Shown here: positions 30,309 through 42,512 of the stretch, in pieces
How positions within the stretch are numbered: the first letter of the stretch is position 1
How the letters are laid out: every line of letters begins with the position of its first letter
From: the human T2T-CHM13v2.0 reference genome, Homo sapiens
Strand: one strand, 5' to 3'
Length of the DNA stretch: 64,000 nucleotides
Assembly (NCBI RefSeq): GCF_009914755.1
Contig: NC_060935.1
The notes under the pieces: model-generated
The model's input: the letters and a program-made list of their open reading frames with translations, nothing else
The model's database searches: none
Told to the model about the DNA's origin: nothing
Made by a program: the position numbers and the translations under genes

Positions 30309-30670
30309 TGTATTAGTCTGTTTTCACGCTGCCGATAAAGATATACCTAAGACTGGGTAATTTATGTAGAAAAAAAGGTTTAATGGACTCATAGTTCCAC
30401 ATGGCTGGGGAGGCCTCACAATCATGGCAGAAGGGAAAGGGCATGTTCTACATGGCAGCAGGCAAGAGAGAATGGGAGCCAAGAGAAAGGGGTTTCCCCT
30501 TATAAAATCATCAGATCTCATGAGACTTGTTCACTACTATGAGAACAGTATGGGGGAGAATGACCCCATGATTCAGTTATCTCCCACTGGGTCCCTCCCA
30601 CAACACATGGGAATCATGGGAGCTACAATTCAAGATGAGATTTGGGTGGGGACAAAGCCAAGCCATATCA
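30309..30670 (-). mobile_element. THE1C (ERVL-MaLR) complete solo LTR
   Basis: tgtattagtctgttttcacgctg...aaaggggtttccccttataaa...gagatttgggtggggacaaagccaagccatatca; perfect 5-bp TSD aatac. Confidence 0.95.
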
Positions 30671-31149
30671 AATACCATGATGAGCTCCATGGTCTACCCT
30701 GAAGCTTCTGCCATCGTCCATCTCATCGCATTATTTTTAATAAGACAAAGACCACACTTCCCTGACTTTACACCACCTCACTTCTCAGGGATGCTGTTAA
30801 GAGTTGACCCCAAATGGGAGTGGAAAAGTGACACTGCACCCTCGCAGGACAGGGATACTCCCCTCATCAAATCCAGGGCTGGGACCACAGTCCCCAGTCC
30901 CCAGGCTCATTCGCAGAAGCATGGCTCCCACTGTCTGAACCCCAACATGGTTGCCAAGACTTTCCACTCTGAGTCCTTCTGAAGTTTGCAGTCACAATTG
31001 ACAAGATATGGGTGACATTGATCCTGAAAAGGAAGAAATTCTGGTGTTTCTAAGAGTGAAATTTACCCCACCCTGCCCTTCCCCTCCCGTGTTTGATGGT
31101 GAGTGTGCCCCGAGCAGCTATCCTGGCTTGCACAGATACTACCAGAGCA

Positions 31150-31395
31150 GACAAGGGTGATTAACAAGTAATTCATTTAGTCTCCATCATAACCACTTAG
31201 CAATCCATTTCCTCTCTATTTCCTGTTCAGAGACCTTTGGATATGCCAATCTGAATAATTGATTGGAGCAGAAAAGCCTCATGCCTTTGAAGTCCCTCAT
31301 TAATTACCTGGACAGGAAGAAGGAAGAATCTCTACTCAGCCACAAAGCGGCTAAACACGATCAAAGAAACCATACCCGGCTTTGATGGTTCCCTC
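31150..31395. promoter_or_regulatory. Candidate developmental enhancer (TCF/LEF plus homeodomain motif cluster)
   Basis: CCTTTGAAG 31284, ATCAAAG 31360, CTTTGAT 31380, TAATTA 31301, TAATTGATTG at about 31256, TGATTAAC at about 31158, in a non-repetitive AT-rich block; motif evidence only. Confidence 0.4.
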
Positions 31396-31568
31396 CGTTA
31401 GCCAGAGGCACCATTTCCCCTCGAGGCTGGAGGAATGCTTCTGGAACCCTCTGAGCTGCTGCTGAATGCCACCACCATTGTTATCGGGTGGTGCCACCAT
31501 CTACTCTAAGTTAAACACACCGGGCTATGATTGATGGAGAGGTGTCTGCAGAGCATCTGTTATGAAGC

Positions 31569-32253
31569 TGTGATTGGCTAAATTGTGTCCCTCTTAACTC
31601 CTATGCTGAAGACCTAACCTCCGGTACTCAAGGGTGTGACTCTATATGGAGACAGGGCCTGTAGAGAGGTAATTAAGTTAAAAGGACATCATGAGGATGA
31701 GCCTTAATCCCGGCTGACTGGTGTCCTTATAAGAGCTGGAGATGAGGCCGGGCGTGGTGGCTCATGCCTATAATCCTAGCACTTTGGGAGGCCGAGGTGG
31801 GTGGATCACGAGGTCAGGAGTTTGAGACCAGCCTGGCCAAAATGGTGAAATCCCGTCTCTACTGAAAATACAAAAATTAGCCGGGTGTGGTGGCGGGTGC
31901 CTATAATCCCAGATACTCGGGAGGCTGAGGCAGGAGAATTGCTTGAACCCAGGAAGTGGAGGTTGCAGTGAGCCAAGGTCGCACTACTGCACTCCAGCCT
32001 GGGTGACAGAGCAAGACTCTTGTCTCACAAAAGAAAAAAAAAAAAAGAACTGGAGATGAGGACACAGACACACATAGACAGACGACTACGGGAGGACCCA
32101 GGGAGAAGGCAGCGCCTACAAGCCATGGAAGGAAGACCCAGACCCTGAGACACCTTGATCTTGGACTTCTGGACTCCAGAACTGTGAGAGTCAACGTCTA
32201 CTGTCCCAGCCACCCTGTCTGTGGTGCTTTGCTGGGGCAGCCCGAACTAAGAC
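31569..32253 (+). mobile_element. MLT1B solo LTR interrupted by an Alu
   Basis: tgtgattggctaaattgtgtcc...gtaattaagttaaaa...gactggtgtccttataag...gacaccttgatcttggacttctggactccagaactgtgaga...ctaagaca. Confidence 0.9.
31746..32044 (+). mobile_element. AluSg-like
   Basis: ggatcacgaggtcaggagtt; 15-bp TSD aagagctggagatga/aagaactggagatga. Confidence 0.95.
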
Positions 32254-33989
32254 AGATGCCACACCCTGGAATAGCTGCAGGGCTGGGAGGGAAGCTGCAG
32301 ACACCCTATGTATTTGTCCAACCCAAACACGTCAAATGGACTGAGCTATTCAAACCAAAACTCAGCGAGGAGACGGGCAACAAAAGAGTTAATGGGGAGA
32401 CAGGATGTGAAATGGGTCTGGGCCATCAGCTGATGGCCAGTACTGGAGGCTGGGTGCAAAACTGCCGTGAGGCCAGCAGCGGGGTGGTGGAGTCTGGCTC
32501 CGATCCTGCCTGCAATGGATCCAGTGAAAGGGTCAGGGCAAAGCTTCCAACAAGGATAACCTAGAAAGCAGGCCCGCAGGCAGCTGTAGCTGCAGCCTCT
32601 TCCGCGAGACTTAAGCTGAGGAGGCTGGAGCCAGGGATCCTTCGAGGGGCGGCGCCGTCTCCAGCACCAGGAAGAATCTTCACTTCCTCTTCGAAACCGC
32701 CCTGGAAGTGAGCTTAGGGACAGAGCTCAGGCAAGGCAGTGCCTCACTCGGTGGGTGAAGCCTCCTTGCCTCTCTCACAGCTCCCTGAAAGCTCCTTGCA
32801 GAGAACTTCTCTGTTTAATAACCTCGGAAAAGCATTAAAAGCGAGTCTGAAGAACTCATTTAATGGATTCTTGGAGGCGGCTGCAATCCTCGGAGCTCCG
32901 TGAAGCTGGGGAACTTATTCTTGGTGGAGCCTCCAGCTGGAGAGAAACTGTTTGAATTTCCCCAAAGCCAATTCGAGTTGTTGTTCCTTCTGGGAGGATA
33001 CATCTCCCAGCACCTCCCCTCTCCCATGTGGGCAGCGGATTCCTGCCCCCCACCCCGCCCACTTCCTCCCGGCCGGGAGCTGTTCTTTTCAGCAAAGCCA
33101 CGAGTAGCAGGCAGGGGCGCCCCAGGCCAGGCATGGTCCGTCTGGAAGAAGCCAGGTTCAGGGAGCAATTCTGCAAGATAAACCACCCTCTGGAGGGTGT
33201 GGCTCCAAGACTTTGATTCTTTGAGCCACCATGGCTAGACAGCCCCCTCCTTCCTTTCTGACAGAGGACTTGAGCCCTTGGCACTGCAACCCAGCTGTTT
33301 ATAGATGGCTGAGAAGCCTGCCTGTGTCCAGCAAGAGTGCAGCTGTGTGGCCAGTGGACTCAGCATCCACGTCCGAGGGACTGCTCACGTTCTCTGAAGA
33401 TGTTCAAGGCTGCCCATGTGCCCTTTCCCCGTTTTCAGGCATGCAGCATGCAGGCCCCACTCCTGCCGCTGGACTTACAGTGAACGGAGCCAGGAAAGCG
33501 AATCTGCCTTGACTTGTCCTGGATTCTGCAGGAAGGCCCCACCTGAACCACCTCAGTCCCACAGAGAGGGGGATCCTCTGTCCTCTCAGGGCCAATCGGA
33601 CTGAGGACAGTCCCAAACCCCCGGGCCATCCCGAGCCTAAGTGTGTAGTGACCCCAGGGGAGGCTGGTGGCTAAGCCATGCCGCTGGGGTCCTGGGGGGT
33701 CAGGCTCGGGAGCGTCTGGGGTGATCCTGCTCATGCGCCTCATGGACGCATCTTGCCCCGGTTTCCAGGTGCGGTGGAGCGGGGAGCTCCGGGGCTGGCA
33801 GAGTGAGCAGGGCCTGGGTCCTGAGGGAGAAGGCGGCTCGTAGGCTGCTGTGCTGGGCAGAGGGTGGATGGCGGGGTTGACCAACGATGAGGCCCCAGGA
33901 AGAGAGGCATGGGTGGCGCTGCCGGCCGCTTCCCCATCTTACCTCTGCTGGTGCCGCAGCCCTCTCCTTTCTGTGGCCCCTCCCCACGT

Positions 33990-34510
33990 GGAGGATACCG
34001 AGGAGGTTAGGACAGCCCTCGGGCTCAGGAGTGCCCAGTGACCCAGTCCTGGCCAATCAGGGGTTCCCGTTTCCCAGGCCACAGTGATTGGTTGAGGGAT
34101 GGTCATCCAGGCCAATCAGAATCCTGCCTGGGTTTTTCCTCTACATCTACTGGGGAAGATGCTCTCCTGTCCCTGGGGGGCTGTGATGCTGGCAGATGTG
34201 TGAGCACGGAGGGGGTTCCTCAGCCCGGGAAAAGGCTGAGGCCGGCTCAAAGAAGCAAGGGCAGGAGGTCAGTATGAGGAGACGGGGACGACGGTACAGA
34301 GCAAGACAGAGACACTCACCGAGACAGAGACACAGAGACATAGAGAGAGAGAGAGAAGGGAGTGAGAGACAGAGACAGGCCCCCAGCACCATTGTGGACT
34401 CCTGCCTCCAGCTGTTGAGTCTCCCCCTGCACATTATTCACCTATGAAACTTGAGCTGTTCGGTTGGGCCTCATAAGCTGTCGCTACCTGACTGTTTTTT
34501 GACCTATAAA
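33990..34510 (-). mobile_element. LTR16/LTR33-like ERVL LTR with an internal (GA)n-rich tract
   Basis: gtgacccagtcctggccaatcag...ggccacagtgattggttgagggatggtcatccaggccaatcagaatcc; GA-rich tract at 34296-34378. Confidence 0.55.
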
Positions 34511-36269
34511 AATGGCAGCTTCACAAGGCTTGACCGAATGACAAGAGGGAACTTCTGTGGCTTGCCGCCGAGAGTCCTGGAGAAAGTAGGTTTGGCTGGC
34601 GGCCACGCCGACCCGCAGGAGTCCTGCCCCTTTGAAGCCCTTCCCTCTTTTAGATCTGCCGGGTTTACAAGGGGCCCAGGTGGCTCCGGTTCTTGATGAT
34701 TAATTTTCTAAAACTGGTATTTCTAATTCCTGATGGTAGAACTTCAGGCCCCAGCGCCTCCCTAGGGTGCACGCGTGGGTGCCCCTGACCCAGGATGGAT
34801 ACTGTCTGGCTCTCTTTAGGAGCTGTGGTCAAAGGTACCCCTGCTTGCTGCAGGACCAGGACCGGGGTCCCACTGCCAGGCTCCCCAGGGAGGCCTTGCC
34901 CTGAAAGGGGCCCTGGGCAGCCCGAGCTGTGAACTCCTCCTTTGGACAGGGCTAGCTCCTCACCTGCTCTGCTGCAGGCCCGGGTCTGCCTCCACAGCTG
35001 CGGCCTCCAGTGGTGTGTGTGGGCTGCAGCTTCAGACAGGGTCACCCTCCAGGATCACTGCAGCCCAGCTGGCTCCATGAGAGGGAGTGCCAAGGGGCTG
35101 GAGGATGTGGGTGTACTGGAGTGGGGAGTGGGGAATGGGGTGTCATAGACCGAGGCCCTCTGGGAATCAATGCCCACTCACACCCGGGGCCCACACCCAC
35201 CAGGGCCTCACACTGAGCTCCCTGTGGAGCTATGGGTGCAGTTCCAGGGACATACACTGCTTGTCACCCAACTGGAAATATGGGTGGGGCTCTGAGAGTG
35301 GACAGTTTCATAAATCTTGTAGTTATCTTGTGCATAACATAACTATGCTGCATCTTGGGGGTCAAAGCACTCCTGTGCGGTGGTGTTCATGGGTGTTAGC
35401 ATTTCTTTCTTCTGAAGCAATCCAGGAGGCTCAGAAAACCACAGCAGCTGGGTCCTGGAGGCGGATTCTAGGGAATGACTCTCCCTGGCTTCCCCCAAGG
35501 CCTCTCTGACCCTGTCTAGCCTCTCCCCCACTCCCTGGAGGTCAGGAGTGTCCACTCTGGGGTCAAGGCTGGGCTCTGCATCTGCACCCGTGTTTGTGAC
35601 TCTCCATTGCCCTGCAGAAGATGGCATTTAATCCTCCCCGCTGAGGGCCAAGGACAGTGTTGTGAGCATGAAGTAAGCATCAAATACCTTGTGGGTATTC
35701 ACCTTAGAGGCTGAGTGACTTCCGGTGACCCACAGCCCGAAAATGGAAGGGCAGAGAATCAACGCCAGGCTCTCGGCTAGGCCACTGGGCCCAGCCAGGC
35801 CTTCTGCAGAGAAAGGGCATGGCAGCAGGTCCTGGATACTTGGATACCATCGTGCTACTTTTTCTTTGAAATAAAATGTTCATTTTCCAGTATAAAAGTC
35901 TAGATGCTACCCCCACCATGTGCCCCACCCCAGCAATAGCTGGCTGAGCTGGAGTGGTCCCCTGACCCCACAGGCTAATACAGTGGCCTTGGGTCTAGGG
36001 AGGAGAGGTGAGCTGAGCCTAGCAAATTCTGTCCTTGGGGCAGAACCAGGGGATCCAGGTGTCTGTGCAGGGAGCTCAGTTGGAGGCCCCTACAGGCAAG
36101 GGCTGAGGTCGATACTGGAGGAGTCGGCAAAGGAGGGTGGTGCGTGCAGGGAGAAGTGATGAACCCTGAGGAGAGGGAGGGGTGCGGCATCAGGGGGCCC
36201 CAAGGAGGAGTGGAGACGAGGGGAGAGGGAACTGGAAAGCGAGAGAGGAGGAGGAGGGGTAGGGCTGGG

Positions 36270-36920
<651 letters not shown>

Positions 36921-37039
36921 AGAAGGGAAGGGAAGGAAACTAAGGGAGGAGAGAGAAGAGGGAAACAAGGAGAGAAAGCCCCTCTGTTCCCCACAACATT
37001 CCACTTCCGGCTTCACAGAAGACACAGGGATGGTTGGCA

Positions 37040-37885
37040 AGAATAAGAAAAGAGGCCCAACATCAGGGGTCTCCAGGGAAATGTGAGCTAAAGTCACAAT
37101 GAGACGCCACCTCACACTGTTCCAAATGAAAAAGACGGCACACACCAAGTGCCGGCGAGGCCCAGGAGAGGCTGACCCGCCACACGTGGCTGGCAGGGAT
37201 GCAAGATGGTGAGGCTGCTTTGGAAGACCGCTTGGCCGTCTCTCAAACTTACACATCCATCTATCACGTGACCCAGGCTTTCCTCTTCTGAGTATCCAAG
37301 AGAAATGAAGGCACCTAACTACCCCAAGTCTAGTGCATGGACATTCACAGCAACTTTATGCGTGGTAGGTCGGAGTGGCTGCAACCAAACGCCCATCGAT
37401 CGTGACTGGTCACCAAATTGTGGGCCATCGACACGATGACGGCCCATCACTCGGCAACGCGAAGGAACGGACTGCCGGAACACACACGCCTCAGAATAAT
37501 CACACTGCCTGAGAGGAACCAACCCAAAAAATAGCTTCAGTCGCGTGACTCCATTTTATGTGATGTTCTAGAGGGTGCAGGCTGCTGTGATGTGACGGAG
37601 CTGGGCGGTCACTGCAGCGGTGGGGGCGGGGCAGGGCTGTGATGTGAGCTGGGTGGTCACTGCAGCGGTGGGGGCGGGGGGGCTGTGATGGAGCTGGGTG
37701 GTCACTCCAGCGGTGGGGGGGGGGGGGGGGGCGGGGGCAGGAGCAAGCCGGCTGGTGGATGGACTTGTCACCTTGACCTTGGCGATGGTTTCCCAAGAAT
37801 ACACACGTGAAAACTTATAGAATTGCACACTTTAAATATGTGAACTTGACTGGACATTGATTATGCCCCAATAAAGTTTTTAAAA
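37040..37885 (+). mobile_element. L1M (L1MD/ME-like) ORF2 end and 3' UTR, GC-shifted
   Basis: cagggaaatgtgagctaaagtcacaatgagacgccacctcacac...ccaagagaaatgaag...cattcacagcaacttta...gaattgcacactttaaatatgtgaac...attatgccccaataaag. Confidence 0.75.
37585..37740. repeat. G-rich minisatellite, 3 units of about 46-58 bp with variable poly(G)
   Basis: ctgtgatg(tg)(acg)gagctgggYggtcactScagcggtG(n) starting at 37585, 37637 and 37683. Confidence 0.9.
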
Positions 37886-39630
37886 AGTGTATCATGATAT
37901 GACCGATACCACAGGAGAGGTTGCCCCATGTGTCTGTGTGTGTGGGGGCGGGGGGGGGGTGGGGCATGGCATTTGATATAAAGAAAATAGGAGTTACTGG
38001 GACCAAGACATGAAGATGACCCCAGTGGCCCCTCCTACATTGACCAGATCAAGCTTCAGGTTCTGGGAGAGAGCTGGAGTCCACATCCCACGCAAGCCCC
38101 TGGCTGCCCCTGAGGGTGAGGAGGGGAAACGGGGCGCCAGCCGATGCCCCAAGCCCCCAACCCCACACCTCACTTCAGCCAACGGCCACTTTTATGTTCT
38201 GTCTGACTTAGAGTATGCAAAGTACTTCTCACACCGAAGACTTCAAGGCACACTTACCATCCTGGTGACAGCGGAACCCGCTGGGGGCCCTGAAAGGCCT
38301 GGGCTGATGATGTGGTCTTGGGCTCCACACCCTGCCCCAGGGGCGGATGGCGCTATGCCAGTTTCTCTCCAGCCACCAAGACCCATGCACCTGGCCCCCA
38401 GCCCGGGTCCTTCTCCAAACATGGACACTTCTCAGGAAGTCTGATCTCCTCCTACCAGCGCCGAGGGATGGCCAAGCCCCCAGCATGGTGCTGATGGAGA
38501 ACTCGGCCAGTTCCTCTTGTCTATGACCACAGGGCTCACAGCACTCATGGCGGCCCCTGCCCAATCTCTCTTAGACCCTGCCTCAGTTTACCCTGCTGAT
38601 CAATCTCCAGATGGGCCGACACAGACTGCGGAGGTGTGGCCCAAAGCCAGCCCGTGCTTGTTTGGGGCCTTTCTTCTGAGCTTCCCCACACTCCCCACAG
38701 CCTGCTGGGAACTCATACCACAGGGCACTAAATTCCCCACCTTCCCCACTGGGAGAGGCAACATCAGGGTAGGGGGTGGGGGTCTTTGGAGGCAGGAGAA
38801 CAGGCTGGCTTGATGCCTGCTTCTGCTCCATCCCAGCACTGCAACTGTGACTGATCACCTAATGTCTCCCATTCATTCATTCAGTCATTCTTTCACTCAT
38901 TCATCTGACTCTGGGGCCATGGCTCCTCCCATTTTCACACATTTGCACTTTGCCAGGGGACTTCTAGTGACTGTCCCTTTGCCCATGGGGGTGGCGTGCC
39001 CTGAAGGGTCCCCTCCCCTTCTCTGACTCTGCATGCAGCCCTGGCTCCACCACGGAGCAGGAAGAGAAGGAGGGGCTGGCTCTGATGGGATCCACCCTGT
39101 GCACTGGGGACCAGGCCGTTCTGCAGCATGGAGCACAGACCGGGGGTCTCAGTCTATGAACTGGGGGATTAGGTCACATGTTTGCTGTAGTGCGAGGACA
39201 CCCAGGACATGGAAGCCCCTCTGAAACCATTATGGTTGGCAGCCTTACAAAACTCTGACCCCAAACCTCGCTGCCCGGCAAGCTTTCTTTGCTTTCCTTC
39301 CCCATCCTCTTCATTTTGCCATGATACCCGGAGGCTGAGCAGAGAGGCCCCGCTATGAGTCCCATCTGTCCTTCAGGCCCTGCCCAACCATCCCCATCCC
39401 CACACTCACACACAGGAAGCCACACACACAAAGGGCACATTTCTGTTTCAAAGCCTTCATTGCAGCTGATCCTCTGCGGTGCATTCAAGCTGGGCCCTCC
39501 TTGCTCCCTGCTCTGGGTGGGGACAAGGACATCACACTGAGTGGGAAGGACACTGGGGTCCAGGCCAAGCCACCCAGGCGGGGAGCAGAGGAATGGTCAC
39601 CCAACGGTGACTGTCAAAGTACAAAGGCCA

Positions 39631-39930
39631 GCCGGATGTGGTAGTTCACGCCTGTAATCCCAGTACTTTGGGAGGCCAAGGTGGGCGGATCACCTGAGGT
39701 CAGGAGATTGAGACCAGCCTGGCCAAAATGGCAAAAACCCATCTCTACTAAAAATACACACAAAAAAAATCAGCTGGGCATGGTGGTGGGTGCCTGTAAT
39801 CCCAGCTACTCAGGAGGCTGAGTCAGGAGAATTGCTTGAACCCGGGAGGCAGAGGTTGCAGTGAGCTGAGATTGTGCCACTGCACTCCAGCCAGGGCAAC
39901 AAATTGAGACTCTGCCTCAAAAAAAAAAAG
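39631..39930 (+). mobile_element. AluS (Sq/Sx-like)
   Basis: Perfect 15-bp TSD aaagtacaaaggcca. Confidence 0.95.
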
Positions 39931-40768
39931 AAAGTACAAAGGCCAACAGAGTCAGCCCCAAAGCGGGGACACAGAGTCCCCTGGGGTGGGGAGGAGACAC
40001 CAGGCTTTTCTTTATCATTCCCTCTGCCTCCACCTTTGGTGTTTCCACATGTGTTTTGCAATGTGTGAGCGCTTTACAGACTGCAAGTAAGTCGACACTC
40101 AGGTGGTGGGTGGGGGGCGCAGGATGAGATGTGTGGAGACTCTAGGGCTGTGAGGTGGCTGCTGACTGGCTTCTGCATAGCCCCCGCCCGTGGTGGGTGA
40201 TGGGGTGGCAAACTTGGGGGGCGTGGGCCGGATAGGGTGGAGGATGCTGAGCTCCTGTGAGGTTCCTCGGAGCTAGGCTGGGGCCCTGGTAGGTTTTAAT
40301 TCCTTACGGCAGAATCCCCTGGGCCGTGCTGCAGCCTGGCAGTGTCAGGGGCTCAGTAATTATTTGTTGGTGGAGACACCTGAGCATTGAGAGTCAGGAA
40401 TGAGCTTCGGTGTGCTGCATGTCCCATTTCCCAGAGTGGAAATGTGTTCCCCCCTCTCCCCACAAGGAGAGCATTTCACGGGCTTAAATTTTGGCAGACA
40501 GACTCTTGGAATCTGAGCACCAGGCCATTTGTGTCTACGGGGAACTACCTGTCCCTCAGCACTTCTTACAAGCCCTTTGTTGTCACAGGTGCTGGGATGC
40601 AGACGAGGAAAGGAGAGGCTGGGGGTACAGACACGGAAGCTGCAGGTGAAGATGTGGTGCAGAGCCCTCCTGCGAGGGACAGCAAGCGGCTGCGGCAGAC
40701 CCCATGCACCTCCTGGGGAGAGAGCCGTGCCAGTGGGGAGCACTGGACTTAGAGTCAAAAAACCCACA

Positions 40769-41078
<310 letters not shown>

Positions 41079-42129
41079 CTAACTCTGCCCTTACCAGCCT
41101 GAAGAAGCTACCTGGCTCTCCCAGGGCCTCCGTTTCCCCATCAGTAAGACTGGGATGCCCAGGGCTGCTGTGAGGCAACGAAAGCCCCTGCAAACAGGTT
41201 TCATCATACCCTTATCCCTCACTTTTCTCCCCTACTAAATAGGGCAGTAGTGCTGCCAACTCTGAGGGACTGTGAGGGGGGCCATGAGTCAGCAACAAGG
41301 ACACAGCAGGCAGGTGGTAAATGCCTGGTGAGTGCTGGTGGCTCTCTAGAAATAATGAGTATCACGCAGTTAGCGGAAGGGGTGGCCAGGACACTGTGGG
41401 AGCCCAGGAGAGCGCCCGTCCTGCACCTGCCACGGAGGCCACGCCGCTGTCTCCCTCCCTGGGGATGAGCTCCCCCAGTGTCCCCAGCCCCACATCACCA
41501 GACGCCAGCCTCTTCCCTCAGTCTGGATACAGTGACACAGACGTGACACCGTGGAGCCCAGACAGCCCCAGGAGGACTCGTGATCCCCGTGGGGTGAGAG
41601 GAAGGAAGAGTGACTCAGAGCTGCATTTTTCTGGAAAGCATGATAAGGGATCATCAGTGTCAAAACCCCGAGCTCCAGGCAGGGGCCATGATTTCTCCAG
41701 TGACCCCAAGACCACCAGGAATGACCCAACCATGTGGAGAGTGAGGAGGGCCGTGGCCACGCCTGTCTCCTTGGTGGAGCCACTTCATGGCACCCACGGA
41801 CCACGAGACATCTCTGGGCTGGGGAAAGTCACATGATTCCCTGAGCCTCAATTCCACTGCAAATGGGGACCAAAAGCCACAGGCGGGTTTGCAGAATTGA
41901 GCCAGGTAACAGGCGTGGGGTCCTGGCCAGTGACCACCCCCAGGCCCACAGGCACTGCTGCTACTCCTTTTGCAGGGGAATCATCCTTTCCTGATGTGCA
42001 CAAAATAGATGAGGCAACAGATTGATTTGAGGGGCCAGGACTGGTTTCCCACCCAGGCCCACCCCCACCTGAGCATTCAGGCACTGGACTCGTGGCTCCC
42101 TGCCCTGGCTGCACTGTACCCCACAGCCA

Positions 42130-42512
42130 GGTGGGCTGATAAACGGAGGTAAACTGTGGGTCACCATTCCTGTGTTACAGTCCCGACCCCCACAACCTCA
42201 GAACGTGACTGTATTTGCAGATAGGGCCTTGAAAGAGCTGATTAAATTAAAATGAGGCCATTAGGGTGGGCCCTGACCTAGTAGGACTGGTGTCCTTTAA
42301 GGAGATGAGGACACTGACACACTGGTGGGGATGACCTGTGAGGGGACAGGGAGAAGGCAGCTGAATGCGAGCCCAGGAGAGAGGCCTCAGGAGGAACCAG
42401 CCCTGTTCCATCTTGATCTCCCATTCCAGCCTCCAGAATGTGAGCCCACCAACGTCCCGTGTAAGCCGCCCAGTCTGTGGGGCGTTGTGGTCAGCCTGAG
42501 CTGACTCAGACA
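42130..42512 (+). mobile_element. MLT1B solo LTR
   Basis: acctcagaacgtgactgtatttgcagatagggcctt...attaaattaaaatgaggccattagggtgggccct...gagaggcctcaggaggaaccagccctg...ccagcctccagaatgtgag. Confidence 0.9.

Noticed and set aside
37585-37740. Repeat-spacer-like look of the minisatellite and of the two-copy duplications
   Set aside because: Not CRISPR: eukaryotic context, no unique spacers and no cas genes.
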